DNA from: Glaucostegus cemiculus
Taxonomy: Eukaryota
DNA: 64,000 nt
Direction of reading: 5' to 3'
Assembly (NCBI GenBank): GCA_976551045.1
Contig: CDPCPM010000160.1
Coordinates: 992,001 to 1,056,000, forward strand
Of this stretch, positions 49,885-61,084 are shown piece by piece (position 1 is the stretch's first letter; each line of letters starts with the position of its first letter). A program made the position numbers and the translations under genes. The notes beneath the pieces were generated by a model. The model was not told the DNA's origin. It saw only the letters and a list, made by a program, of their open reading frames with translations, and searched no databases.

Positions 49885-52085
49885 CATATGAACACAAGAA
49901 ATAAGGGCAGGAGTAGGCCATTTGGCCCATCGGCCCTGCTCCGCCAATCAATAACGTTGTGACTTATCCGGCCGTGGACTCAGCTCCACCCACCTACCTG
50001 TCCCCCATAACCCTGAATTCCCCCCAGCATACACAAATCTACCGAACTGCGTCTCACAGATGTTTGAAGAGACAGCCTCTACTGTTTCCCTTGGCAGATA
50101 ATTCTACAGATTCAGTACTTTCTGGGAAAAACAGTCTTCCCTCATCTCCATCCTAAATATATTCCACGAATATTGAGGTTATGCGTTATCGCCAATTCCA
50201 TGCACACTTTTATTATAGATAAGTCTTTACTTCGACACCTTATTGAACACCTTCTGGGAATTAAAGTACACAACATCCATCTGTCCCCTATATCCGCTAC
50301 GCTCATTATATCCTCAAAGAACTCCAGGAAGTTTGTCAAACAGGACATTCACTTCCTGAAACCATGCTAATGCAAACGCTCTTATTCATATGTCTCGTTG
50401 TTTCTTCATTGGAGTTAGCTTCAAGCATTTTCCTGACTACAGGTGTCAAGCCAACTGCCATATAGTTGCCAGCCGTTTGCTCACATACTTTTTAAACCAT
50501 GCGCCGAGACCTGCCCAAAGTCCAGAAATTTTGGTAAATTCTCACAACCCCGTCTACTATCACTTCCGCAATTTCTTTCAGTTCCCCGGGATACATCCCA
50601 TCAGGACCATAGTTCCTATCTGCCTTTCGGACCACGAGTTTACTTATCACTAACTCTTTACTGACAGTGAATGTATCGAGGCCCACCCCTCCCATCGCAT
50701 CCATAACAGCATTCTTTGCCATGTTAGACGTCTCCTCCAGCGTGACGACAGACCTGAAATAGCGATCCTAGGTCTTGGCCATTTCCACATTACCCAAAAT
50801 TAATTCCCCCTTCTGTCGTTTCGAGGAACCAACGTTCATTTTAGCCACCATTTACCGCTTTGTATAAATACAAAACCATTTACAATCTGTACCTGTATTT
50901 TGTGCCAGTTTTCTTTCATAATCTATCTTCGTTTCCTTATTGCTTGCTCGGTGGTTCTTTGCGACTTTTTAAAGATTACCCAATCTTCCAGTATTCCACT
51001 GCAGTTGGCGACTCTGTCTGCGTGAGCATTTAGCTAATGGCTTCCTTTATTTGCTCTGTTATCCAAGGCTGTCTCTCCGCACGCTCATTGTCGTTGCCTT
51101 TAACTGCAATATCGACTCCCTCGACCAACTAGATGTGCCCAGTCCATGTGGAAGTTAAGTCCTCGAGGACAAATGCCGTTGCATGCTAACATGCATCAGA
51201 TATTTCTTGGTTTATTACCTGTGCCACTGTCATCTTATCATTCCGTGGCCTACAGACAACTCCCACCAGTGCTTTTTTCCGGGAACCAGTCCTAACCTCC
51301 ACCCAGATGAACACAATACTCTAATCATTTGATTTCATACCGTTTCTGACGATCGGACTGACCTCATGCTTAACTGAGAGCGCTACCCTACCTTCCTAAA
51401 CTTTCTGCCTATCCGGCCGTATTATGTGAGTGCCTTGCATATTTAATCCCCAAACATCTCTACCCTACCACTACATTTCTGTAATGGCAATTAAATCAAA
51501 CCCCTTTCTACTGGTTTGTGCCACTTCACTGACCTAGGTTCGAATACTGTGGGCATTGACATAAAGTGACTTTTAGATTCTAACAAGCTTGGTGCCCTTT
51601 GCATTTGAATTTTCTCTATTCCACGTTTACTTTTCTAACATTTGCTTTACTCTCTGCATTGCTTCCCTCTGTCGTTCTGCATTGATTGCCATCCACCTGA
51701 CATATAACTTCAAACCCTCTGCAACATCGCGAGCAAGGACATTAACCCCAGTCCTGGCAAGATGAAGATCATTCGGTTTATTCAGGTCCCACTTTCCAAC
51801 AAACCGGTTCTAATGCCTCAGGTAATCTAAAACCCTCCCCACTGCACAACTGATCAAGCCACATATTTATCTAAACGGTGCTGAATGGCCTACCCTGATC
51901 AGTCACTGGCACTGATAGAAATCCTGACGTTATTACCTTCGAGGTCCTACTTTTTAACATAACTCCTTGCTCGCTAAATTCGGGTTTTAAGAAATAATCT
52001 CGGTTTATCCCTATATTGTTGGGACCTATGTGCACCATGACGGTGATATAGTGGTTGTTTCTGTCGACCAACTCGTCTTCGTAAC
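49885..52085 (-). mobile_element. Internally deleted CR1-clade LINE including ORF1 (esterase-like) remnant
   Basis: SCLTNFLEFFE, GPDGMYP..LKEIA, and VHIGPNNIG...LKSRTSKVITSG motifs. Confidence 0.85.
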
Positions 52086-52557
52086 CATTCATCATAACGC
52101 ACGAATTTAGATCTGTCTGTGGAAGTAGGGGCTTGAATTTTAAGTAATATCTAAAACATGTATGACAAATTGTGGCCTAAAGTGATGGCAATCATGTACT
52201 GTTGCTTGTAATAAACACTGAGCAGGCCTACAACTGATCTCAGAATGAAATCTGCCACCTTTGTCCAGCCTTTCCTCCCCTTGTAACTCCAGCTCCACCC
52301 ATATTATTGCCATTCGGATGACTCTACAGATCAAGATCAATGTCAATCACCGGCCGACAACAATTGCGGGCGTTGTCATGAACGCTACTCCCCCGTAAAC
52401 GGAGAAGTTTAAGAAGTCCGACATAGGACTCGGGAAAGGAAAGCTAATGCATGCAGTTCAGAGCTGCCAAATACAAAACTACTCTCATGGCTGCGATGCA
52501 ACATCGCCTCTCCTTAAAACAACACCTGAAGCCACGAATATAATGCCAGGTACCAAC

Positions 52558-52622
52558 CTGTTCATTCCTTGGGAAATTTTCATAGGTCTGCAATGCGTTC
52601 ACGGTGTTTGTGGCCAAGGTGC
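52558..52622 (-). CDS. Gene C cytoplasmic exon C2 (STLATNTVNALQTYENFPRNEQ)
   Basis: Acceptor TTTCCATAG, donor CAG|GTTGGT, 65 nt as in gene B. Confidence 0.88.
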
Positions 52623-53058
52623 CTATGGAAATAAAACACATGCAGTCACAGCAGCGAAAAGCATCAGGAGAAGTTATTCAGCACAGAGGAAATCTATCCG
52701 GCTCCATTCATGGGACCAGCTATCAAATTAGGTTCATGACCTCTCCTGGCTATGAGCAAATGAACATTCGTCCAGTAACTGAGATCATATTATGATGAAA
52801 ATAAAGAGAGATTCGCTTTGCATAAACTCGTATTCACCTTCCACACTCACATTCTGGTATTGAGTTGAAAAGTTCAACTTATTTAACCGGACAAAACGTT
52901 TAACATAACAGCGGAATTAGTGACCGTTCATTAAGATGCAAATATCCAGCTTCAGTACCGGGTGACACACAGTTCATCAGATCAATTCCCAGAGCCAGAG
53001 GAAATGTTAATCTTTCCATGGGTGCAGTAACAGAGCGGATGAAAAGGAGTTCACTCAC

Positions 53059-53114
53059 TCTTTCCTCCTGAAGTGATGCTCGTGCCATATTTTGCCTGGG
53101 GCGGACCTTTCACC
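53059..53114 (-). CDS. Gene C cytoplasmic exon C1 (RVKGPPQAKYGTSITSGGK)
   Basis: Acceptor TTTATTCAG, donor A|GTGAGT, 56 nt, phase 2 to 1. Confidence 0.72.
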
Positions 53115-54796
53115 CTGAATAAACATGAAGAGGTCAAAGGTGAATTCTGCAGGAAGTTATTTCCTTGGACTGACACACCGAGTGAGAACTGCTTCTGAAA
53201 TCGCATTTACTGGCAGTCGAGTAATTCCTTGCAGCTGTTCCAGCTATCCGATTTACCCACTTTACCCACTTCTCAATTGTAACTCGAGTATGGATTAATA
53301 AACTCATGATTTGCGGACTGAGGTTAGTTGTTATCGACAGGGTAAAAGAGAGTCATTAATACCCAGGAAAGACACATCAGTGCAGGCGCCAGATGTCCTC
53401 CACTGCACGGCTCTATTTCTATTCCTCAGACTTCTACATATGTCCCCACAATATATATATTTATCCAGCTTCCTCAGCTACCACATTGGACGCACTTTCA
53501 AAGCATCTGCAGGGAGATCGTTAAATCTTTCAACAATGCGCCTTGCAGAAACAAAAGCATTTCTTCGACAAGTACCCTGTTGCGTTTATTTTCTAATTGT
53601 GACTTTAATCCTCGACTCTTTTGCCAAGGTCACCAACCTCCCACTCTCCACATTATCCACCTTCCACATCAGTTTTTGTGCTTCGCTCAAGTCTCCACTC
53701 AGCCTATCCTTCTCCAAGGAAAACAGTCCCAGTCTCTCCAACCTATCCCTGATCCCAGGAACCACTTTCCTCTATCTGTTCTGGGCTCTCGCTGAAGTTC
53801 TCAGCTGCTTACTGTAATGTGGTGACCAGAAGTAAAAATTAACTCATGTATCTTACAATACGGACAAGTTTTCTTTTCTGTTTTATATATCTTCCATCCT
53901 ATAATACTCCTTGCGTATGTGGATAAAGACAGGAATTGCTTCTGCCTTCTTAACTAATATAAGAGGGAAACCACTGCATATTACGCCTCGGTGGTGTCTA
54001 ACCTGACCCAACAACATCGAATTCTATAACTTCAGGTAACCACTCCCCTCTGTCAATCTTTAACCTTCTGCGACCGGCCCCTCCAGTCCATCTATTTCCC
54101 CTCCTCCTCCCTCTCAATCTGCCCTTCACCAACGTATTCCTCCTTCGGTTTTCCCTCCCTAACACCTTCCCTTTAATCTGTGGACCACTGCCCTCTCCTA
54201 TCAGATGACATCTGGTTCAGTCCTTTCCCACTTCCATCTAACACCTCCCAGTTCCTGAAACCCATTCTCATTCTACCCTGCCCTCACCTGCCAATCATCT
54301 ACTCTCTTGGATAGACCTATCACCAGCCAGCTCTTGCTCAAACATTTCCCCAACATATTTATACTGGCTACGTCCCCGCTTTCCTTCCAGGCCTCTGGAA
54401 AGGTCACGACCTGAAACGTCAACACATCGCCAGCCTGCTCATGCCCCACCAACTCCCCCATCTTTTTATACTGCCTACCTCCCCACTTTCTTTCGCGTCC
54501 TCTGGAAAGGTCTCGACCCGAAAAGTCATCTCTACGTTTCCGTCCACAGGTGCTGCCTCCCCGTTGAGTTCCCCCAGCTACTTTGTCTGTAACTTCCTCC
54601 ATTAACCTCCAACATCGGAAATTCGCGTTCATGGTGTCAACGTCCCTTTGGAGCCACAGGCGTCATTTTATTTTATCTGTTAATACTGTTATGTGGTGGG
54701 ACACATTGTTCAGGCTGTAATTTCGATACAAATTCTGCCTGAATACTCTTCCCATAATTTAAGGTAGAAACAATATTCGGAAGAAAACACATTTAC

Positions 54797-54908
54797 CTGC
54801 CAGTTTTCCTTGCGATGAACCAACCACTGATTCCGCTGATCAAACCCACACCAAGTGGACCAAGAACGATGCCCGCGATGGCGCCAGGGCCGAGGGTACA
54901 ACTGGCAT
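54797..54908 (-). CDS. Gene C transmembrane exon (DASCTLGPGAIAGIVLGPLGVGLISGISGWFIARKTG)
   Basis: 112 nt, acceptor CTTAACAG, phase-2 donor AG|GTAAAT; PGAIAGIV motif as in CEACAM1. Confidence 0.9.
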
Positions 54909-55563
54909 CTGTTAAGGGTGCTACCACACACAAGAAAGATCTATTTTATATCCGAAAAACAAATTCCTTACAGTAACAATGTGCATTTACATGGCGAACA
55001 ACTCTTTAATATTAATTTATCATCGTATATTTGAAATCGTATTTTGTGTATCAGAATGAAAGTGCAGGGAAGCTGGAGATACTATAGGAGACCAACACGC
55101 TGAACTGTGCTCGGAGTAAACCTAAGCCTCTCCTCTGTGATCAGTAGAAACAGCAAAGGCTCAGTAAACAGAACATCCAACAGTCTTTGTTCTGATGGCT
55201 GAGCTCACCCTCTCCTGTATCATTGCAACAAGCATAGCCCTCCCGTACTGTCACTTGTCTGGTTTGACCTGTCCCTGAAAGTCCACCAACGTTTTCGTCA
55301 AACAGGAATGTCACGTTCTCTGGTCTGGCCGTAAGTGGAGAGATTAAATCAATGTGGTTCTGGCGAATGGTGAAGTCTTTTTACATTCTCTCCACAACAT
55401 TCATCGTTCCTGACAACATTAAGAAGTCTCATAGCTGATCTTTCTAACTGATTATCCTTTTGGAAATGCGACGGGAGGACGAGAGTGGGATGTTCGGGAA
55501 ACAAAATGTCTGGGTCTTTAATCAGCGGGTGTGAATGGAACAAGCACAGAAACATTCACTCAC

Positions 55564-55821
55564 CTTGTGTGGTAACCTCAACAGTAAGCTTACTACTCCT
55601 ATTGGTTACGCGGTTAATAACCAGACATGTATAATTCCCACTGTTAACCGAGCTCCCTGACACAAGGGTGAGCTCCTGCCCTGTCTGGAGAGTAATGTTC
55701 CCGTTGTACCATGCGTATTCACCACAGGAGACTGACAGAGCAAAGCAAGTTAATGTCAGATTTGTTCCAAGATTTGCAACAACTGGAGACTGCGGCAGAA
55801 TTCTGACCTTCTCAGGACCAT
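55564..55821 (-). CDS. Gene C B-domain exon, paralog of B4 (GPEKVRILPQSPVVANLGTNLTLTCFALSVSCGEYAWYNG...NSGNYTCLVIN...VEVTTQ)
   Basis: 258 nt, follows an 81-nt intron, acceptor TTTTGTAG, donor G|GTGAGT. Confidence 0.9.
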
Positions 55822-55902
55822 CTACAAAACGAGAATACGTGTCGATTCTGTGTTCAGTAATATCAGATACAAACTAACGTTGTTGTTTGCCTGCATACTC
55901 AC

Positions 55903-56178
55903 AGTAAACATTCAAGTAGTTCTCTCCAGCGCCACTGTTGAAACTGTTGCTGACGACGCACTTGTATGTCCCTGCATCATTTCTGTTCACACTAATTATG
56001 GTTAGTTCAGAATTGTCGGCGGATGTGAATATTCTACTATTTTCCTGTATGGGTTGGTTATTTTTCAACCATGTCCGTTTCTGAACAGTGCCCCAGGCGT
56101 GACAGGTCAGTGCTACGGCATCGACGTTTTCCACTGGAGTAGAATCGTTGTTGAAGACAGTCACGTCAGACACGGCCT
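55903..56178 (-). CDS. Gene C A-domain exon, paralog of A4 (EAVSDVTV...ALTCHAWG...WLKNN...DAGTYKCVVSN...LNVY)
   Basis: 276 nt, acceptor TTTACAG, donor T|GTGAGT. Confidence 0.92.
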
Positions 56179-58357
56179 CTGTAAATAAAGTTGAAATGGA
56201 ATTTGTGTTACACTGTTGTCTTAACCACAACCTGTTCGTAAGAGGTGGGTATCGCCAACTCAAGACCATAACCAATCCTGGAATTCTGTCCAATTTGATT
56301 CAATATCCAACCAGATATTAGACTAAGCAGAACTCGAGTACAGTGTTTAAATATTGGCTACTGTCTGTTCAAGAGAGACAGACGTTTACTTGGTTATAGA
56401 TTGCTGGTCCTGGTCAACATTCAAAAATAAACAGGCAGCTCCCTTACTATGTTTGGACTCGCCTTATTAGTCCTATCAAAATGTATCACCTTACAGATGT
56501 CGGGATTAAATTCTATTAGCCGCTGCACATCACAGTTTACCAACTCATCAATAACAACATCTCACCCGCCTAATCTCCCACTTCTCAAAACAGCTAATGT
56601 CCAACATTTTGGATATAGCAGAAAGGTTCAAAACATTAATCCCTGTGGTGCATCGCTGGTCACAGACACCTAATCACAAACATTGCCCATAACGTACCCC
56701 GTGCCTTCTATCAACAAACGACATTTTTAAAGCATTGATAAAAAGTAAACCACATGCAAATTTATTCCATGTCCCGATGGCCCTATTGGAGGCAGTAATT
56801 TGTAAAGGCAAAATAATTCAGACAGTAGGTTTCAACGGACATATTATATTATAGAGATAAATCCAACTGGGAATTTCATTTGGAATGAAATCATGAAGAA
56901 CACTGGTGCAAGGTTCGAAAGTGTTGATTGCATTCACTATAGAGTGCAGTAAGAATCCCCACAGCATTAAAACCAGTGGTGGGTAACGCGTCTTCAGACT
57001 GGAGTTAATGCCATTTCCACCGTCAAACCCAACGAAAGAGTCTCTTGCTCCTGCCGATCAAGCTGTGGCTCCTGATTCACACATCCCATTCCAAATAAAG
57101 GCAAGGATACGATCCATGATTGTCGAGCTAAGTAATTGATGAAGCACAGTTATCACTTCGCATCGATACAAACCATCAAATGAGCTATAGCACAGAGCAT
57201 AGAAATAGTCCTTTCAGACTAAACAATCCGTGCTAGTCTCTAAACTCGCCCTAACTGTCTTCGTCCAAACGTCTCGGTGTAATGAAGGACTCCCATCGTC
57301 CTCAATGCTTTTCAACCTCTAAGTAAATGCCACGACCGGTGAAACCATCCTCACAAATCAGGCTCAAGGACGGCTTTTACCCTCTCCTGCAGGACTATTC
57401 AATGGTCCCCGAGCACAATAAGATGGACTCCTGACCTCAAAATCTTCCTCGTTATGACCTTGCACGTTATTGTCTCCCTGCACTGCACTTTCTATGTAGC
57501 TGTTGCACTTTATTCTGCATTCCGTTATTGTTTTTACTTGTACTGCCTCGATGCATTGTGTAATGAATTGATCTCTACAAACAGAATGCAAGGGAGGTTC
57601 AGCAGTTTACCTCGGTACTTGAGACAATAATAATAAACCAATAAACCACCACTTGCGGCACAGTTCTCTCCGGGCATGCAACATACTGACAATCCTCAAT
57701 TTCCCGTTGAGTTTCCTGCTGACTCTGCTGCTGACCGTGCCCAGATTATCTCCTCTCGAGAGGAGGGGGATTCATTCTCTCTACGTCCATTCCTTTCACC
57801 ATGTTAAATATTACAAGACGTCAACCTGGAACAGTAACGGTTTCTCTCTGCGCTTGGATGCCCGACGCGCTCTGCTTCTTGTGATCAGACAACTTATTTA
57901 AAAGACGCCCCTCGACCTGCTATTCACACCAGACAAGCGACCCATCCTTTTGCTGTAGCTCAGAACAGTTTGTTTGATCAAATCTATGTCCTCCGGCGAA
58001 GTAAATATAACGAGGCTTAGGACGAGAGTGAGGCGTCCATTTTTGGTTGTCCTGAGAGGCCAAACGAACAACTGCACTCATCGTTTCTCGGCCTCCGTCA
58101 CTGATCGGCTTTGTGATTTTCATTTGACGATGCACGAGCTGTAAGACGTTTGAGACTGTAACTTGATCAGCCAAACAAAACAAAAACAATTCCGAGTTGC
58201 ATTTTCTCAATCAACACACTCGTTCTTCAACATGCAGAATTCTGGATCGTTATACTGAATCGGTAGTCTGATCGGGTTCGGACGATTAGTTCAATCACAC
58301 TGTGCACCATCACTGTTCAACACGGGACGAGAGAAAGGGGAGAAACGGATGACCTAC

Positions 58358-58618
58358 CAAGCACAATGATTTGCATGGTTGAGGCGTTGTACCTTCCTGT
58401 CACATGGTTATAGGCCTCACAAGTGTAATTCCCTGTGTCCCACACAGAAATACTGTCAAGGATGAGCTCTTGCCCAGTTTGTAGATAGGCATCGTTCAGA
58501 TACCAGTCCAGATCAGCAACTGGACTCGACTGTGCAAAACATGCTGACGTGATGGTGCTTCCGGCAATGTGAAGAGCGGAGTCAGGGTTAGTGGTGATAT
58601 ATGGACGATCCGGTCCGT
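58358..58618 (-). CDS. Gene C B-domain exon, paralog of B3 (GPDRPYITTNPDSALHIAGSTITSACFAQSSPVADLDWYLND...DTGNYTCEAYN...MQIIVL)
   Basis: 261 nt, acceptor TTTGTTTTAG, donor G|GTAGGT; not in the ORF track. Confidence 0.9.
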
Positions 58619-58988
58619 CTAAAACAAACGCACAAAATGGTTTGTGGTAAACTGCACGAATGGGAAATACAACACCGAAGCAGAGAGAGAGAGGAACAGG
58701 AGCCCATCACCACAGAGAGTGCACACCAGCATGGTTTCTATTCGTGCAAACCGAGCCCGAGTTTTATGGTCACCGTTACCGAGACTGGGATTTTCATCTT
58801 GAAGAACCCGATTTCAACAAAGTTCCTAAGGGAGATTCGGACAAGTCTCCCATTCTCCTTACAGTAGTTCTGGCGTTGGTCTCAAGAGGGCATCACTGTG
58901 CTACTGTCCCACATTCCCTCTCTTGCAACCCCGTGCCCAGCAGGACTGGTGTTACACTGTGGAACAATTGATCTCTAGGGACACTTAC

Positions 58989-59261
58989 AGTAAATATTGA
59001 GATAAAACGGGTCGCTTGTCATTCCGCTGATCAAGTTGTCTGCGCGGCAGGTGAACGGTCCATCTGCCCGGAACACTCGAGGAACAGTGAGTGTGCTGTT
59101 ATCGGCGCTCAGTTCAAACCTGCCACCTGGAATTATCGCGCCATTGTCTTCAAGCCACACATAAGAGACATCCGTGCCTGTTGCGATACATGTCAATATC
59201 ACGGTGTGGTACTCTACCACGCTGGTGTCAGTGGATTGAATAATGGCTTTGGAAACAGGCT
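58989..59261 (-). CDS. Gene C A-domain exon, paralog of gene B A3 (EPVSKAIIQSTD...LTCIATG...DGPFTC...SDPFYLNIY)
   Basis: 273 nt, acceptor TTCCACAG, donor T|GTAAGT. Confidence 0.92.
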
Positions 59262-59554
59262 CTGTGGAACTCATTAGCTGAGTTAGTGCACAAGATCTGA
59301 AGACGCAAATCTAGAAGATTTTGGATTCTGTTTCAAATCTGAAAGATGAATTTGCACGTTGACTGATCTATAATGCAGAATCAGAAAGCATTAAAATATT
59401 TATGTTAGACCGAGAGCGACATATCCGTTGAGCTAGGTATTGCGATGCAGTTACTGCGCTGGAGACAGGTCACATCTTTCTTCACCCAGTGACCTGAATA
59501 TTATTTTAATTCACTCCCCCGATGAGGTGCCAATAGTCCCAGAGTCACAGTGTT

Positions 59555-60390
59555 ATGCACCTCTACGTAAGCATGCCCTTCCTCCCAAAGCGTCCATGCC
59601 GACCAGGTTGTATGGCAGAGGCTTTCCCATTAGTCTTCGAAACGTCTTCAGAGCTTTGTAATTGTACCCACCTCCACCACCTCAACTGACAATTTGTTCC
59701 ACAGACCAGCCAGTCTCTGAGTGAAAATGCTGTCCTTCAGTTCCTTTACAAATCTTTCCACTCTCACCTTAAACCGATGTCGTTAACTTGTAGACTCCCC
59801 TACCCTGCAGACCACCCACCTCACCAACAACCCTCCTGGTTTTATATATGTCTATAAAGTCACACCACAAGTCTCCCGGGCTCCACGGTAAAGGTCTCAG
59901 ACTATCCAGCTTCCTGACTGAAGGCCTTCCCATACCGGTGATCTCCTGAAAATCCTTTCTGTACCCCTTCCAGCTAAAGGACACCCTTCCTATAGCTGGG
60001 CGACCGCAACTAGACATAGTATTCCAGGTACGTTCTCATCAATGACTTGTAAAATTGTAGAATCACGTTCCAACTTTCAGCACTGACCGATAAAAGAAAG
60101 ATCGACAAGCGCCTTTTTCACTAACCTGTCTGCCAGTTTCAGGGACTATGTAGACGTTCACCTTGGTCTCGCTGTTCTCCAACACTGTCCAGGACCTGAA
60201 ATTCACTGTGCAAGTCATGCCTGTTTAAATTACCAAAATGCAACACAGTGCATTTGAGTTCAATTCCATCTGCCTTTCCTCGGCCGATTACTCCGGCTCA
60301 TCAGAATCCTGTTGTAATCCAAGATAACTTCCTTCACTGTCCACATCACCAACTTCTGTGTCATCCGCAAATTTACTAATCACCCCCATA
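59555..60390 (-). mobile_element. Decayed CR1-clade LINE 3' fragment
   Basis: ISKFADDT encoded at about 60358-60381 on the minus strand, plus CR1 3' tail. Confidence 0.8.
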
Positions 60391-61084
60391 ACAGCTCTTT
60401 CTATCTCTGTTAGAAAGCAGAGCCGCTGTTCACCTCACATTCGCTCTCCGCACTCGCACCTGCTGACCTCCTGCATTTGTCTCACAGATAAAGTCTGCAG
60501 GCATGCCAGACAATCGCTGCCGAGGACGCCAATCCAAACCGGATGAACTACTCCAACAGCGAGCGATGGATCTTGGTGGCAGCGCTCGGAGAACTGCCGA
60601 ATTCTCTCAGACTGCACACAAACCATAGGACCGATTGAACCTCAGTTATCATCTTTGCCAGAAGTCAGTGTGGAGGGAAGTATACCGTGCCCACGGCACG
60701 TCAGCAAAGACTGCACCCAGAGGCAGAAGTGGGGCTTGACATTGCATCGCTCCACCCGAAGCACTCTACCAACTGCGCATGCGCAAATTGACAAACATCT
60801 CTGCTGTGAGCACCTCACTTTGAACAGTCGGATGCAGTTGTCGGGAGTGAATGGCTTCAAGAACAAATTCCAGTTGTTAATTCATCAGAAGATAAATCAT
60901 TCCTAGAGCTGCTGCAGTTCACTTGTTGGGCATTCGGTGCTTCAACATTTGCTCACTAAACAAAAATGTTTCGGTCAGTCCCCTTCCCGACACCTTCTTC
61001 AGAATTTCTGTCCATGCCTTTGGAAGCCCGAAGTGACCCTATTTCCATCCCCCAATTTTTAATTCAATGTCTCACCCAAACATA

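Larger units (their letters stand above)
49249..59261 (-). other. CEACAM-family gene C, 3' part (A-B-A-B-TM-C1-C2-C3-C4) with ITAM-like tail; 5' exons lie beyond the right window edge
   Basis: Nine exons colinear and phase-compatible with gene B exons 7-15, all with open frames. Confidence 0.88.
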
